From Myxococcales bacterium (lineage in GTDB: Bacteria > Myxococcota_A > Polyangia > Polyangiales > Houyiibacteriaceae), in NCBI GenBank assembly GCA_029863605.1, contig JAOTVB010000003.1, positions 137,658 to 201,657 on the forward strand: a DNA stretch of 64,000 bases. The letters are read 5' to 3'. The notes beneath the pieces were generated by a model. The model searched no databases and was not told the DNA's origin. It was given only the letters and a program-made list of their open reading frames with translations. Positions 38,019 through 47,489 of this stretch are shown here, piece by piece. Made by a program: the position numbers and the translations under genes. Positions within the stretch are counted from its first letter, which is position 1. Each line of letters begins with the position of its first letter.

Positions 38019-39748
38019 GCTCCGCAAAGCCGGCACTTCGCATCGCCCTCGAGGCCTCGCTCGCTCTTTTCTGTGGGGCGCTCGTCGGATGCAGCTTCGG
38101 GTCAAACGAGGTCATGACCCTGGCAAACGGCTGCGCCGGCGAAGGTGACTGTGTGCAGGGCGTCTGCGACCAGGGTATCTGCATCGATGATTCTTCGAGC
38201 GAAGTCACCGTCGCCGTCCAGGTCCTCCGGGGGTCTGCCGACACCAAGGGCGAGACTCCGGCCGGTTGGACCTTCATCCCGGAGACGTTTTCGAGGGCGA
38301 GCGAGCGGGACTACACGCTTCCTCCCATCCGGCAGGTCGTTGGGGTCGTGCGCTGGCAAGGCGCCCCGGTCCCCGCAACTCTGCGGTTCACCCGGCGGAT
38401 GGGCGAATCGGTCTCTGCGCTTTCGGCAGTGCCGGTAGAGGTGGACACCGTTCGCGAGGCGAGCGCCGGTAACGACCCGAACGACGTCGACTATAGCGCG
38501 GTGCTCGTGGTCGGTCAGAGCTACGACGTGGCGGTCGTGCCCAGCAACGACCTGATTCAGACCGCTGATCAGAGCGCTGCGGCGATCCGCTCGCTTCCGC
38601 CCATGTATACCTCGGTCGAGCTCGACGACGTCATCGACGGCGCGTTCCGATTCGACGTGCGCTTTCCGGACGCGCTCGACGTCGAGTGTGCGATGAACCA
38701 ACTCTCTGGCTGCACGCTGACAGGCACGGTCCTCAGCTTCGACGGCCAAAACGAGACCCCGGCCGTAGGGCTTCAGGTTCACGCGGTCGAGAAGGAGTCC
38801 GGCCGTGTCATTTCTTCGATCGGGGAGACGACTCAGTCCGGGGACTTCGCCATTCGCGTCAGCGATCAGGCTGCGCCTTACGTGCTTCGCGTCACCTCGA
38901 GCGTCGGCGGAGCTTCTTTCCCTTCTGTATCCGTCGATATCGACCTCGCATTCATCAACGATCCTGCGCAACGGCGCATCCTCGTCCCGAGTGTCGCTCC
39001 CGTGCAGTCCAGCGGCGCCGTGCGGGACGGAGAAGGCCGAGGGGTTCAGGGTGCAAGCGTTCGATTCTCATCCAGCGAGATCTTCGAGCAAAGCGCTCTC
39101 GGTCTCGTGCCCACGTTTAGCGCAGCGACAAAGACCAGCGGTGACGGCAGCTTCAGCCTCGAGCTCTTGCCCGGGCTCTATACCGTGATCGTGACGCCTC
39201 CCGAGGACGCTGAAAACGCCTGGGCTCCCCTTGCCGCAGAGGTGCTCGTGGTGGAGGACGTCGAGCTGGAAGACCTGGTGCTCCCCTCACAGATCGCCTT
39301 GTCCGGGTCCTGCACGACCTTCGCCGGAGACCCCGCGGGCGGCGTGGCGATTGTCGCTCGGGCGCGCGGCGAGCTTGGTGAGCTCCAGCGCTCGCGACTG
39401 ACCGCGTCGAATCAGGAGGGCATGTTTCGGCTGACCGTGGACGCCGGACGGTACGACATGCTGATCAAAGTGACTGATGTCACTGGCTTTCCGTGGTTGG
39501 TCGAACCGGAGCTCGTGATGAGCCAAGCGCGCGGCGACATGATGCGCGACTACACGCTCCCACCTCCGATCGTGGTGCGTGGAACGCTTCGAGCCGCAAG
39601 CGGAGCTGTCGCGGGGGGGGCTCAGATCCGCGCGTACGTCTTCGAAGAAGCCGGCGGCGCGGCACGCCCGATCCAAGTCGCCGAGACAATCTCTGCAGAT
39701 GACGGGAGCTACCGGCTTCTCATTTCTCCGACCCTCGACGGAATATGA
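38015..39748 (+). CDS. hypothetical lipoprotein with repeated carboxypeptidase-regulatory-like beta-sandwich segments (putative)
   Basis: Lipobox ALFCGALVGC, then a Cys-rich stretch (GCAGEGDCVQGVCDQGIC). Recurrent G.V.D..G.P..GA.V-type segments end in G.F.L/Y.L motifs. The ATG at 38015 overlaps the upstream stop. Confidence 0.6.
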   Translation: MSSAKPALRIALEASLALFCGALVGCSFGSNEVMTLANGCAGEGDCVQGVCDQGICIDDSSSEVTVAVQVLRGSADTKGETPAGWTFIPETFSRASERDYTLPPIRQVVGVVRWQGAPVPATLRFTRRMGESVSALSAVPVEVDTVREASAGNDPNDVDYSAVLVVGQSYDVAVVPSNDLIQTADQSAAAIRSLPPMYTSVELDDVIDGAFRFDVRFPDALDVECAMNQLSGCTLTGTVLSFDGQNETPAVGLQVHAVEKESGRVISSIGETTQSGDFAIRVSDQAAPYVLRVTSSVGGASFPSVSVDIDLAFINDPAQRRILVPSVAPVQSSGAVRDGEGRGVQGASVRFSSSEIFEQSALGLVPTFSAATKTSGDGSFSLELLPGLYTVIVTPPEDAENAWAPLAAEVLVVEDVELEDLVLPSQIALSGSCTTFAGDPAGGVAIVARARGELGELQRSRLTASNQEGMFRLTVDAGRYDMLIKVTDVTGFPWLVEPELVMSQARGDMMRDYTLPPPIVVRGTLRAASGAVAGGAQIRAYVFEEAGGAARPIQVAETISADDGSYRLLISPTLDGI

Positions 39749-41267
39749 GCATCCACGCGATGGCGCCGAGACTCAACCAACCCGGCCAGTCTCCGAATCG
39801 GGTGTAGAGCGTTTGACCTTGCATCATGCGGACCTCGTAGCGAAGATTTTCCCTCGCGAGCACTCCGGTTCGCGCCACGATTCGGCCTACCGGATCGATG
39901 ACGGCGCTGATCCCGCTGTTGGTCGACCGCACCAAGTACCGGCGGTGCTCGATCGCCCGAAACTGAGCCAACACGAGATGGATCCATGGCTCCTGCGAAT
40001 CTCCGAACCACGAGTCGTTGGTGAGGTTGATCAACACGTGCGGGTTTGCCTCGCGGACCATCGCGCGGATGAACGCGGGGAGCACATCCTCGTAGCAAAC
40101 CGGCGTGGAGATCCGCCACTCCCCGAGCTCCAGCGCGTTCACGTGGCTTCCAGGCGTGAACCGACCGCTGTTGGGAGACAGCTCGTAGAGTACCGGGAAC
40201 GTTTCCCCGAACGGCAGGTACTCGCCGAACATCAGGAGATAGGTCTTGTCGTAGGTCGAACGAATGACGCCATCAGCCTCCATCATGAATGCCGTATTGA
40301 AGAGTTTGGGGCTACCGTCGGCGTATTCTCGTGACACGCCGCCAAAGAGGATCGGGGCGCGAAGCTCTTTTCGGATCGGGCCGCCCGACATCGGGAGCTC
40401 GCGCGGGAGGCTTCGGACGTACGCAGACTCCGGCCATACAATGAGATCGAGCTCACCCTCGCGTTCGAGCTCGCGGCTCTGCTCGAGGTGGCGCCTATGT
40501 CCCTCGGCGGCTTCGCCTCGTTTTTCGAAGATGCCCATGTTGACCTGGACCACCCCCAACCGAAACGGCGGAGCGGAGGCCATGGCGGCTTCGACCTGCG
40601 GGATCCGAACCATCCCATAGCCGACCGTGAGACCGACTGAGAGGATCGTGACCGCCCACACGCCACGCGGAGCACCACGGACGCCTCGCCACCAGCGCCA
40701 GGTCTCGAAGACCGTCAGGTTGACCATGGCGGCGACCGCAGTGACCAGAAGCGGGCCGCCGAGATCGGCGATCTGTACGAACACGGGCAGTTGATTGAAG
40801 CTGTTTGCGAGGTAGACCGGAAACAGCTTCGGGTAGAGCCACTCTGCGGCGATGAGAGTTGGGACGGCTGCCAGCGCCACCGACCAACCGCGACGTCGCA
40901 GCCACGCGTAGACCACGCCATAGAACCCGTATTGAGCCCCAATGAACGTCGAGAATGCCAGCCAAAAGCCGACGCTCGCAAACGACCCGTAACCCGAGAA
41001 CACCTCGAAAAACGGCACCAGCCAGTGGTAGCCACCCGCGACCATCACGATCCCGTACACCCAGCTCACGCCGAGCGCGTCTTGCCACGGTCGTCCTGTC
41101 GAGAGCTCTAGCGCGGCCCACAAGGGCACGAGAGAGAAGAGCGCCAGCGGCCAATACCCAAAGCCTGCCCATCCAAGGAAGTAAACCACCCCGCCGAGGG
41201 CCGCCCACGCGTACGCTCGGGTTCGGTTGGCGGAATCGACGCTGTCCTCTAGGGCGTCGGTCACCAA
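39720..41267 (-). CDS. lnt: apolipoprotein N-acyltransferase Lnt
   Basis: N-terminal polytopic membrane part plus a C-terminal nitrilase-like domain (WPESA..., ISTPVCYEDVLPAF, NDSWFG). TTG start. Confidence 0.85.
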   Translation of the reverse strand: MVTDALEDSVDSANRTRAYAWAALGGVVYFLGWAGFGYWPLALFSLVPLWAALELSTGRPWQDALGVSWVYGIVMVAGGYHWLVPFFEVFSGYGSFASVGFWLAFSTFIGAQYGFYGVVYAWLRRRGWSVALAAVPTLIAAEWLYPKLFPVYLANSFNQLPVFVQIADLGGPLLVTAVAAMVNLTVFETWRWWRGVRGAPRGVWAVTILSVGLTVGYGMVRIPQVEAAMASAPPFRLGVVQVNMGIFEKRGEAAEGHRRHLEQSRELEREGELDLIVWPESAYVRSLPRELPMSGGPIRKELRAPILFGGVSREYADGSPKLFNTAFMMEADGVIRSTYDKTYLLMFGEYLPFGETFPVLYELSPNSGRFTPGSHVNALELGEWRISTPVCYEDVLPAFIRAMVREANPHVLINLTNDSWFGDSQEPWIHLVLAQFRAIEHRRYLVRSTNSGISAVIDPVGRIVARTGVLARENLRYEVRMMQGQTLYTRFGDWPGWLSLGAIAWMLIFRRGSEK

Positions 41268-42565
41268 TCTTTCCCCAATACGCGCTCGGTGGCTTTGCGC
41301 ACGATGTGCAAAAGCTCATCGAGGTCGTCGTCACCGATGTTGAGCGGGGGGACGACGTAGATCGTATTGCCAAGCGGCCGTAGATGCGCGCCGAGCTCGA
41401 GCGCGGCATCCGAGATCTCCCAGCCGATTTTGCCCATGTAGCCGGTCTCGCCGACATCGAACGCTGCGCACATGCCGAGCGCCCTTGGATGATGCACGCC
41501 CGGGAGCGCGGCCATGTCGTCGATCGCCTCGGCGAGCTTGGCTGCCTTTGGCTCGGCCTGTTGGAGGATTCGCTCCTCCCGATAGATCGCGAGCACCTCG
41601 CGGGCGACTGCGGCGCCCAGGGGATTGCCAAAGAAAGTGTGCCCATGCATGAGCGCGCGCTCTTTTCCACCACGAAAGCCTTCGTAGATCCGTTCGGTCG
41701 CCAACGTTGCGGCAAAGGGCAGCACCCCGCCCGAAAGCCCTTTGGCCGTGCAAAGTAAGTCCGGGGCGATCCCCGCATGGTCGGACGCCCACATGGGTCC
41801 GGTGCGTCCGAAACCCGTGAACACCTCATCGGCGATCAGAAACGTGTCTGCCCGGTTGGCCTCCTCGCGAAGGGTGGTCAGTAGCGTAGGCGAATACACC
41901 CGCATGCCGGCGGCGCCTTGCACGATCGGCTCGACGACTACGCCCGCGATGCGATCCCCTTCTTTTCGAAGCCGTGCGAGGAGGGTGTCGAAGACCGGCT
42001 CCCAATCGTGCTCTACGGGCTCGTCGGGCCGAGCGGCCTCGAACAAGAGCGGTCGAAAAACGGCGCTGAACTCGTCGACCGCGCCCACGCTCATCGCTCC
42101 GAGGGTGTCACCATGATAGCCCCCGGGAAGCGTCAGGAAGAGGTCCCGTTCGGTGCGGCCGTTTTGCTGCCAGTACTGAAACGCGATCTTCAGCGCCACT
42201 TCGACCGACGTCGATCCGTTGTCACTGAAGAAGACACGCGTCAGCCCTCGCGGTGCGACCGCGACGAGCTCAGATGCCAGCCGAACGGCAGGCTCGTGTG
42301 TCGCCCCGCCAAACGTCACGTGCATGAGCTGCTCCGCTTGGCGGCTCAAGGCCCGACGAAGCCGAGGATGCCCGTGGCCGAGGTTGTTGCACCACCAGGA
42401 CCCGCTCGCATCGAGGATCCGCCGGCCGCCGGGCCCGATCAGCCAAGGGCCTTCGGCACGATCGACGATGAAAAGAGGCCGACTCTCGTGATCCTCGCTC
42501 GAGGTATAAGGCCTCCACAGATGCCGGCGATCGAGGGCGAGAAGCTCGTCATCCGAAGGCCGCAT
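41261..42565 (-). CDS. bioA: adenosylmethionine-8-amino-7-oxononanoate aminotransferase BioA (class III aminotransferase)
   Basis: LWRPYTS, WWCNNLGHGHP, DNGSTSVEVALK, ADEVFTGFGRTG and LCTAKGLSGG (PLP lysine) blocks. Confidence 0.8.
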   Translation of the reverse strand: MRPSDDELLALDRRHLWRPYTSSEDHESRPLFIVDRAEGPWLIGPGGRRILDASGSWWCNNLGHGHPRLRRALSRQAEQLMHVTFGGATHEPAVRLASELVAVAPRGLTRVFFSDNGSTSVEVALKIAFQYWQQNGRTERDLFLTLPGGYHGDTLGAMSVGAVDEFSAVFRPLLFEAARPDEPVEHDWEPVFDTLLARLRKEGDRIAGVVVEPIVQGAAGMRVYSPTLLTTLREEANRADTFLIADEVFTGFGRTGPMWASDHAGIAPDLLCTAKGLSGGVLPFAATLATERIYEGFRGGKERALMHGHTFFGNPLGAAVAREVLAIYREERILQQAEPKAAKLAEAIDDMAALPGVHHPRALGMCAAFDVGETGYMGKIGWEISDAALELGAHLRPLGNTIYVVPPLNIGDDDLDELLHIVRKATERVLGKDW

Positions 42566-42662
42566 GCCGCGAAATGTGCGCCAATCAAGCGAAAGGCGCC
42601 ACCACCCCGGGTCACGCGGGTACCCGGTAAAGCCGACGCTTCACGTAGTCCGCGGGGCTTCG

Positions 42663-42716
42663 CTGACACTGGCACTGCTACTGACGCTGGCACTGACGCC
42701 GACACTGACGCTGCTA
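42663..42716 (+). repeat. degenerate hexanucleotide tandem array (CTGRCR) x9, second copy
   Basis: CTGACA CTGGCA CTGCTA CTGACG CTGGCA CTGACG CCGACA CTGACG CTGCTA. Same orientation as 35455..35526. The 18-mer CTGACGCTGGCACTGACG is identical in both (35467..35484 and 42681..42698). The last hexamer contains the ftsK stop codon. Confidence 0.9.
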
Positions 42717-45056
42717 GTGCGGGCTGACCAGTACTTCTCTGCGCCCGCCCGCCTTCGAGCTCGGGGGTCCGACGACACCGTCTTGCTCCATGCGTTCCAC
42801 CAACTTGGCGGCCTTGTTGTAGCCGACGCTCAACTGTCGTTGGACATGGCTGATCGAGCAGTAGCCGGCGTTCGCCACGACCGCGACGGCCTGGTCGTAG
42901 AGCGGGTCATCACTTCCCCCCTCGATGCCTTCTTCGTCTCGCGGCTTGAGGATCTCGTTTTGGTATTCGGGATCTCCCTGCTCGCGAAGGAAATCGCACA
43001 CCCTTCGGACTTCGTCCTCGCCGATGAATGCGGCGTGCACGCGCTCGAGGTCGCTCGAACCGGGAGGGATCATCAGCATGTCGCCCATACCGAGGAGGTG
43101 CTCGGCGCCCGAGCGGCCCAGGATCGTCATCGAGTCTTGGCGTTGCGAGACTTTGAACGCCACGCGCGCTGGGAAGTTTGCCTTGATCATGCCGGTGATG
43201 ACATCGACGCTGGGGCGCTGGGTCGCCAGGATCACGTGAATCCCGGCCGCGCGCGCCTTCTGGGCTAGTCGCGCGATGCACGCTTCGACGTCTTTGGCCG
43301 CCACCATCATCAAGTCGGCGAACTCGTCGACGACGAGCACCACGTATGGCAGCTTTTCTGGCTCGAAGCTCTCGGCATCGGGGGCCTCCCCGTCGACCGG
43401 GTCGAGGAGCACTTCCCGGCCCGACGCGTCCTGGGCACTGACCTTGCCCTTGCGCTTCGGCATGAACTTTTCGACCGAAAGGTCTCCGCGAATCACGCGA
43501 TCCGCCCGTCGATTGTAGGTGTCGATGTTGCGGGTGCCCGCGTCGGCGAACATCTGGTAGCGGCGTTCCATTTCGTCGACCGCCCAACGCAAGGCGAGGG
43601 CTGCCTTCTTCATGTCGGTGACCACTGGCAGAAGCATGTGCGGAATCCCGTCGAAGACCTGAAGCTCGACCACCTTCGGGTCGATCATCAGCATCCGAAC
43701 TTCTTCAGGGGTCTTCTTCGCGAGGATCGATGCCAGCATGACGGTCAGCGCGACGCTCTTACCAGACCCGGTGGCGCCTGCGACGAGCAAGTGCGGCATT
43801 CTCGCGAGGTCGGTGTAGACCGGTTGGCCGCTGATGTCCTTGCCGAGTGCGATCGGAAGCGCTCCGCTATGTTGCATCCACCGTCGGTCTTCGAGGATCT
43901 CGCGCAAATAAACCATGTTGCGGTCGTCGTTCGGAAGCTCGAACCCGACGCGCGCCTTGCCCGCGATCGGAGCCACAATCCGCACTTTTTGCGCAGCCAG
44001 GGCCATCGCGAGGTCGTCGGCAAGGCCCGCGATCTTCGAGACCTTCGTCCCGCTTCGCGGCTCGAACTCGTACATGGTCACGACCGGGCCTGGATGGATT
44101 TCATCGACCCGACCCTGGACGCCATACGCGGCGAGCTTCTCGGTGAGGAGCTCGGCGTTGTCGCGAAGCGCAGCCGCGTCGACCCGTATGATCGACGCGT
44201 CCGGTTTGTCGAGCAGGTTGATCGGCGGCAGCTGGAACTCGTGCTTCGATCGCTTTGGTCGAGTCGAAATCGAAAGTGGCTGCTGTTTGGTCTCCTTCGG
44301 GGCAACTATCGTCGGACTGGTCTCGTCGAGCTTCGACTTCGGTTCAGGCTTTGCTGCGGCAGCCGGCTTGTCGTCCACGCGCTCGAGCTCGTCCTCGTCC
44401 TCGAAGATCGTCCCCATGATCCTCGGCTGACTCGCGCGAATCTCCTCTTCGTGGAGCGCGCGGGCCTCGGCCCACGCTTCACGCATTGCTACGACGATGC
44501 CCGTGGCCTTTTGCCAGATCGCGAGGCCCGCGCGCACGAAGGCCTGTCCCACTTCCTCGAGGGTCCACGGTGTCCGAAGCACCACCGCGATCCCGAGCAC
44601 CGCGAACCCGATGATCACCGTCCCAGCGAAGCCGAGCAACGATCGAAGCACCTCCCCCAACAGCTCGCCGACCGCCCCCCCAGGCGATGCCCCCCACATC
44701 GCCTGCGGCTCGATGAGCAGATGCGCGAGGGCCGCACCGATCACCACGAGAACCAACGTCGAAGCCAGCGTGGCCAACCCCAGCATCGCGGCACGACGTC
44801 GAAACAATCGATACGTAAGCAAAGCGCCCTCGAGGGGCAGGAACCAAGTCACCAAGCCAAAAGCCAACATCACCGTACGTGCCAGCTTGTGGCCCACCGG
44901 CCCGACTAGATTCGCGGCTCCGTTTCGCGCGTCATACGACACCAGCGCGAGCGTGAGCAAAACGGTTCCGGTCAGGGTCAGGATCGCGAGCACGTCCTGC
45001 CGCCTGCCTTCGGGCGCCACGAGGTCGCCCGAAGAGGTGGTTTCATGTACGCCCAA
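42714..45056 (-). CDS. ftsK: DNA translocase FtsK/SpoIIIE
   Basis: N-terminal TM helices, a linker, a motor domain (LLVAGATGSGKS, VVLVVDEFADLM, ILATQRP) and a C-terminal gamma winged helix. TTG start, uncertain. Confidence 0.92.
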   Translation of the reverse strand: MGVHETTSSGDLVAPEGRRQDVLAILTLTGTVLLTLALVSYDARNGAANLVGPVGHKLARTVMLAFGLVTWFLPLEGALLTYRLFRRRAAMLGLATLASTLVLVVIGAALAHLLIEPQAMWGASPGGAVGELLGEVLRSLLGFAGTVIIGFAVLGIAVVLRTPWTLEEVGQAFVRAGLAIWQKATGIVVAMREAWAEARALHEEEIRASQPRIMGTIFEDEDELERVDDKPAAAAKPEPKSKLDETSPTIVAPKETKQQPLSISTRPKRSKHEFQLPPINLLDKPDASIIRVDAAALRDNAELLTEKLAAYGVQGRVDEIHPGPVVTMYEFEPRSGTKVSKIAGLADDLAMALAAQKVRIVAPIAGKARVGFELPNDDRNMVYLREILEDRRWMQHSGALPIALGKDISGQPVYTDLARMPHLLVAGATGSGKSVALTVMLASILAKKTPEEVRMLMIDPKVVELQVFDGIPHMLLPVVTDMKKAALALRWAVDEMERRYQMFADAGTRNIDTYNRRADRVIRGDLSVEKFMPKRKGKVSAQDASGREVLLDPVDGEAPDAESFEPEKLPYVVLVVDEFADLMMVAAKDVEACIARLAQKARAAGIHVILATQRPSVDVITGMIKANFPARVAFKVSQRQDSMTILGRSGAEHLLGMGDMLMIPPGSSDLERVHAAFIGEDEVRRVCDFLREQGDPEYQNEILKPRDEEGIEGGSDDPLYDQAVAVVANAGYCSISHVQRQLSVGYNKAAKLVERMEQDGVVGPPSSKAGGRREVLVSPH

Positions 45057-45203
45057 GTAAGAGGCCTCCTACATTCCCAGGCTATGCGCCGCCGGCTCGA
45101 TTCGTCAAGAAATCACGCCTCTTACGCCCTCTTGATTGCCTGGCTGAATCCTCTATTATCCTCACGGGTTGCCTGCCCCCCGGGGGATTGGTTCGCGAGC
45201 CAA

Positions 45204-46757
45204 ATGGGTTGGATGAGCAAGATCGTGCTGATTTGCGCTGCGGCCGCCACGATGTGGGCCGGCTGCAAGGCGGACAGCGACAACATCGAGGCGTGGAAGG
45301 GGACTGTCAAAGGCCCTACCCGGCTGATGGCGGTCGTCGGGAGCGATCACTACTCGGACGACCTTCGAACCGAAGCCGCGTTGGCGATCGTCGAAATGGA
45401 TCGGAGCGACGTGAGCAGCCTCAATCTGCTCAGAGAGGCTTTTGATGAGCTTCGCCGCGAAGACCCGCAGGCAAGTGAGACGATCGTCGCAGCCATGGTC
45501 CCACGCCTCGAGGCGCTTCTTGCCGAGGAGTCTCCGTCTAGCGACAACGGCGCACTTCAAGCACAGGTGCGCGCGAAAGACGCAGCGTACCTGGTCATTC
45601 CCTATGCGCCCGAGGAGTCGCGCGCCGCGCTCACGCGATCGGTCGTAGGTTGGTATTCCCGCGATTTCGAGCGGAGAAGCCTCGCCGGTGACTATAGCGC
45701 CGAACAGGTGACCCGCAGTCTTGGCGCCGAAGCGGCGGGCATGCTCGTCGATGCCCTGCATGAGAAGATAGCCCCGCAGGCGATGATCAAGATAGCCGAG
45801 ATCATCGGCGAAGATGGGGATCCGCAGACCAAGAAGCGTGCTGCGGATCGGCTCGTCCAAATCGAAAAGGAAATGGAGAGACCGCGCTTCGTACAGTGGC
45901 TGAGCGTCGAGATCAGGAAGTCGCTCGAAGCCGCCGGGGAGCCGGTCGATGAGGCGCGGATGGCGGCGGTCGCTATCTACAACCGAGAAAACTACATCAA
46001 CAATGGGGCGCTTGCGGCGATGAAGCACCTCGCCGATCAGCAGGTCGTATCGACTCGCCTTTTGCGTATCGCGGATACCAAGCCCGGATCCACCGACACC
46101 GAGGCCTGGGCAGAGCGCCTCAACGCCCGGCGCGCAACCGCTCTACGAGCCCTCGAGGGGCACGTGAAGCGAGCGCATTTGAACCGATTGCTCTCGATCG
46201 CGCTCGACCCGAGCAACTCGCTCGAGGTCCGTGACTATGCATTTGACCGTGTCGGCGACATCCGGAGCCGGAGCGCGCTCCCCCGTCTTTGGCCGCTGGT
46301 CCAGCGTCCGGGCTGCACCGCGACCTCCTGCACCGCCTCGGCAAAATTGGACAAACGCCTTCGGTGGCGGGCGGGCGAGCTGGTCCTCTCCGTGGGCGGA
46401 CCGTCCACCATCGAGAAATTTGCTCAACAATTACCAGCGGTTTCCGGGGTTCAGTACGAGCCGGAGGAGCTGGAGGGGTACGCAACTCGGATGAGCCAGA
46501 TGACACCTCCGCCTACATCGACGGTCCTCGAGCTGCTCGATTCGCAACATTGGTGGAATCGAGTCGTCGCGTTGCGCTATCTTGAACGCAGAGGTGGGGA
46601 GCCGGATCTCCCCGCCATGAAGCGATTGATGACGGACGCGACGGCAGTGGTGGGAGAAGGCTGGTCTGAGCTCAACCCTCCAGCGAAACGGGTCGGGGAC
46701 GTCGCCAAGGCGGCAATCGACGCATTGCAAGCGCGTGAACAGGGTGACAACGAGTAA
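45204..46757 (+). CDS. HEAT/ARM-like repeat lipoprotein (hypothetical)
   Basis: An internal ATG (45204 or 45213) gives MSKIVLICAAAATMWAGC (lipobox). The rest is helical-repeat-like, with recurring ...R..A..AL... units. Divergent from ftsK. Confidence 0.6.
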   Translation: MGWMSKIVLICAAAATMWAGCKADSDNIEAWKGTVKGPTRLMAVVGSDHYSDDLRTEAALAIVEMDRSDVSSLNLLREAFDELRREDPQASETIVAAMVPRLEALLAEESPSSDNGALQAQVRAKDAAYLVIPYAPEESRAALTRSVVGWYSRDFERRSLAGDYSAEQVTRSLGAEAAGMLVDALHEKIAPQAMIKIAEIIGEDGDPQTKKRAADRLVQIEKEMERPRFVQWLSVEIRKSLEAAGEPVDEARMAAVAIYNRENYINNGALAAMKHLADQQVVSTRLLRIADTKPGSTDTEAWAERLNARRATALRALEGHVKRAHLNRLLSIALDPSNSLEVRDYAFDRVGDIRSRSALPRLWPLVQRPGCTATSCTASAKLDKRLRWRAGELVLSVGGPSTIEKFAQQLPAVSGVQYEPEELEGYATRMSQMTPPPTSTVLELLDSQHWWNRVVALRYLERRGGEPDLPAMKRLMTDATAVVGEGWSELNPPAKRVGDVAKAAIDALQAREQGDNE

Positions 46758-46765
46758 CCGACGAG

Positions 46766-47389
46766 ATGGCTGATCAAGGTGACAGAAAGACCGTTCGCGC
46801 GTTTCAATGTCGGGACTATCTCTATGAGATCTACGATCGACTGAGCGACGAGCTCGAATGTTCGGTCGACTACCTGATCAACGAAGCGATGCGCGAGTAC
46901 GCTCGCTCCCGCGATCAAGTAGTGGCGCGACTGGGCGCGCAACAAGCGGTCGCTTCGGCCGCTGCTGCGGCAGACCGTGGCGCGGGCGCGGCTCAACCAA
47001 GGTCCGTCCCGCAAGCGCGTCGGGCACCCCTGCTCGCACCGACGCCGTCCCGACGTCCCACTGCGCCACCACCCTTGCCGGGTCACCGACACTCGGATGC
47101 GGTTTCGCGCCGCGTGCTCGTGTGCGAGTTCAACGGGCAAGATTTCCCCGTCGAAAAAGATGAGTTCATCATCGGGCGGGGCGCCAAGAGCGCGGACCTC
47201 GCGATTCGCGATGGCAATATTTCGCGTCGACATGCAGCCGTGGTGTTTCATGATGGCGTCTACTTCATGAAAGACTTGGGCAGCACGAATGGAATCGAAT
47301 TCGCGGGTCAACGTGTCGAATCCAAGCGCATCGAAGAAGGCGACGTCTACCGCATCTGCGACTACGTGCTTCGCTTCACGTATCAGTAG
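46766..47389 (+). CDS. ribbon-helix-helix-like N-terminus fused to a C-terminal FHA domain
   Basis: The N-terminus KTVRAFQCRDYLYEIYDRLSDELECSVDYLINEAMREY has a CopG/RHH-like strand-helix-helix pattern. It is followed by an Ala/Pro-rich linker and an FHA domain (FIIGRGAKSADLAIRDGNISRRHAAVVFHDGVYFMKDLGSTNG). Confidence 0.7.
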   Translation: MADQGDRKTVRAFQCRDYLYEIYDRLSDELECSVDYLINEAMREYARSRDQVVARLGAQQAVASAAAAADRGAGAAQPRSVPQARRAPLLAPTPSRRPTAPPPLPGHRHSDAVSRRVLVCEFNGQDFPVEKDEFIIGRGAKSADLAIRDGNISRRHAAVVFHDGVYFMKDLGSTNGIEFAGQRVESKRIEEGDVYRICDYVLRFTYQ

Positions 47390-47489
47390 CCGAGCCCTTC
47401 GCGCGGTTTTCCTAGGCTTTTTGGCCGCCGGCGCGAGTTTTGCCGTCTCCCCCGGCGCGCTCGGCGACGAACGCGCGCCCGTTCCATCA

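Noticed and set aside
40495-41829. 444-aa minus-strand ORF spanning the lnt/bioA junction
   Set aside because: It is out of frame with two well-supported genes (the Lnt nitrilase-like blocks and the BioA PLP-lysine block). It is Arg/Ser/Pro-rich with no motifs.
43638-44909. 423-aa plus-strand ORF
   Set aside because: It is antisense to the FtsK motor domain, which has Walker A/B motifs in the minus frame. Its composition is Arg/His/Pro-rich, so it is a shadow ORF.
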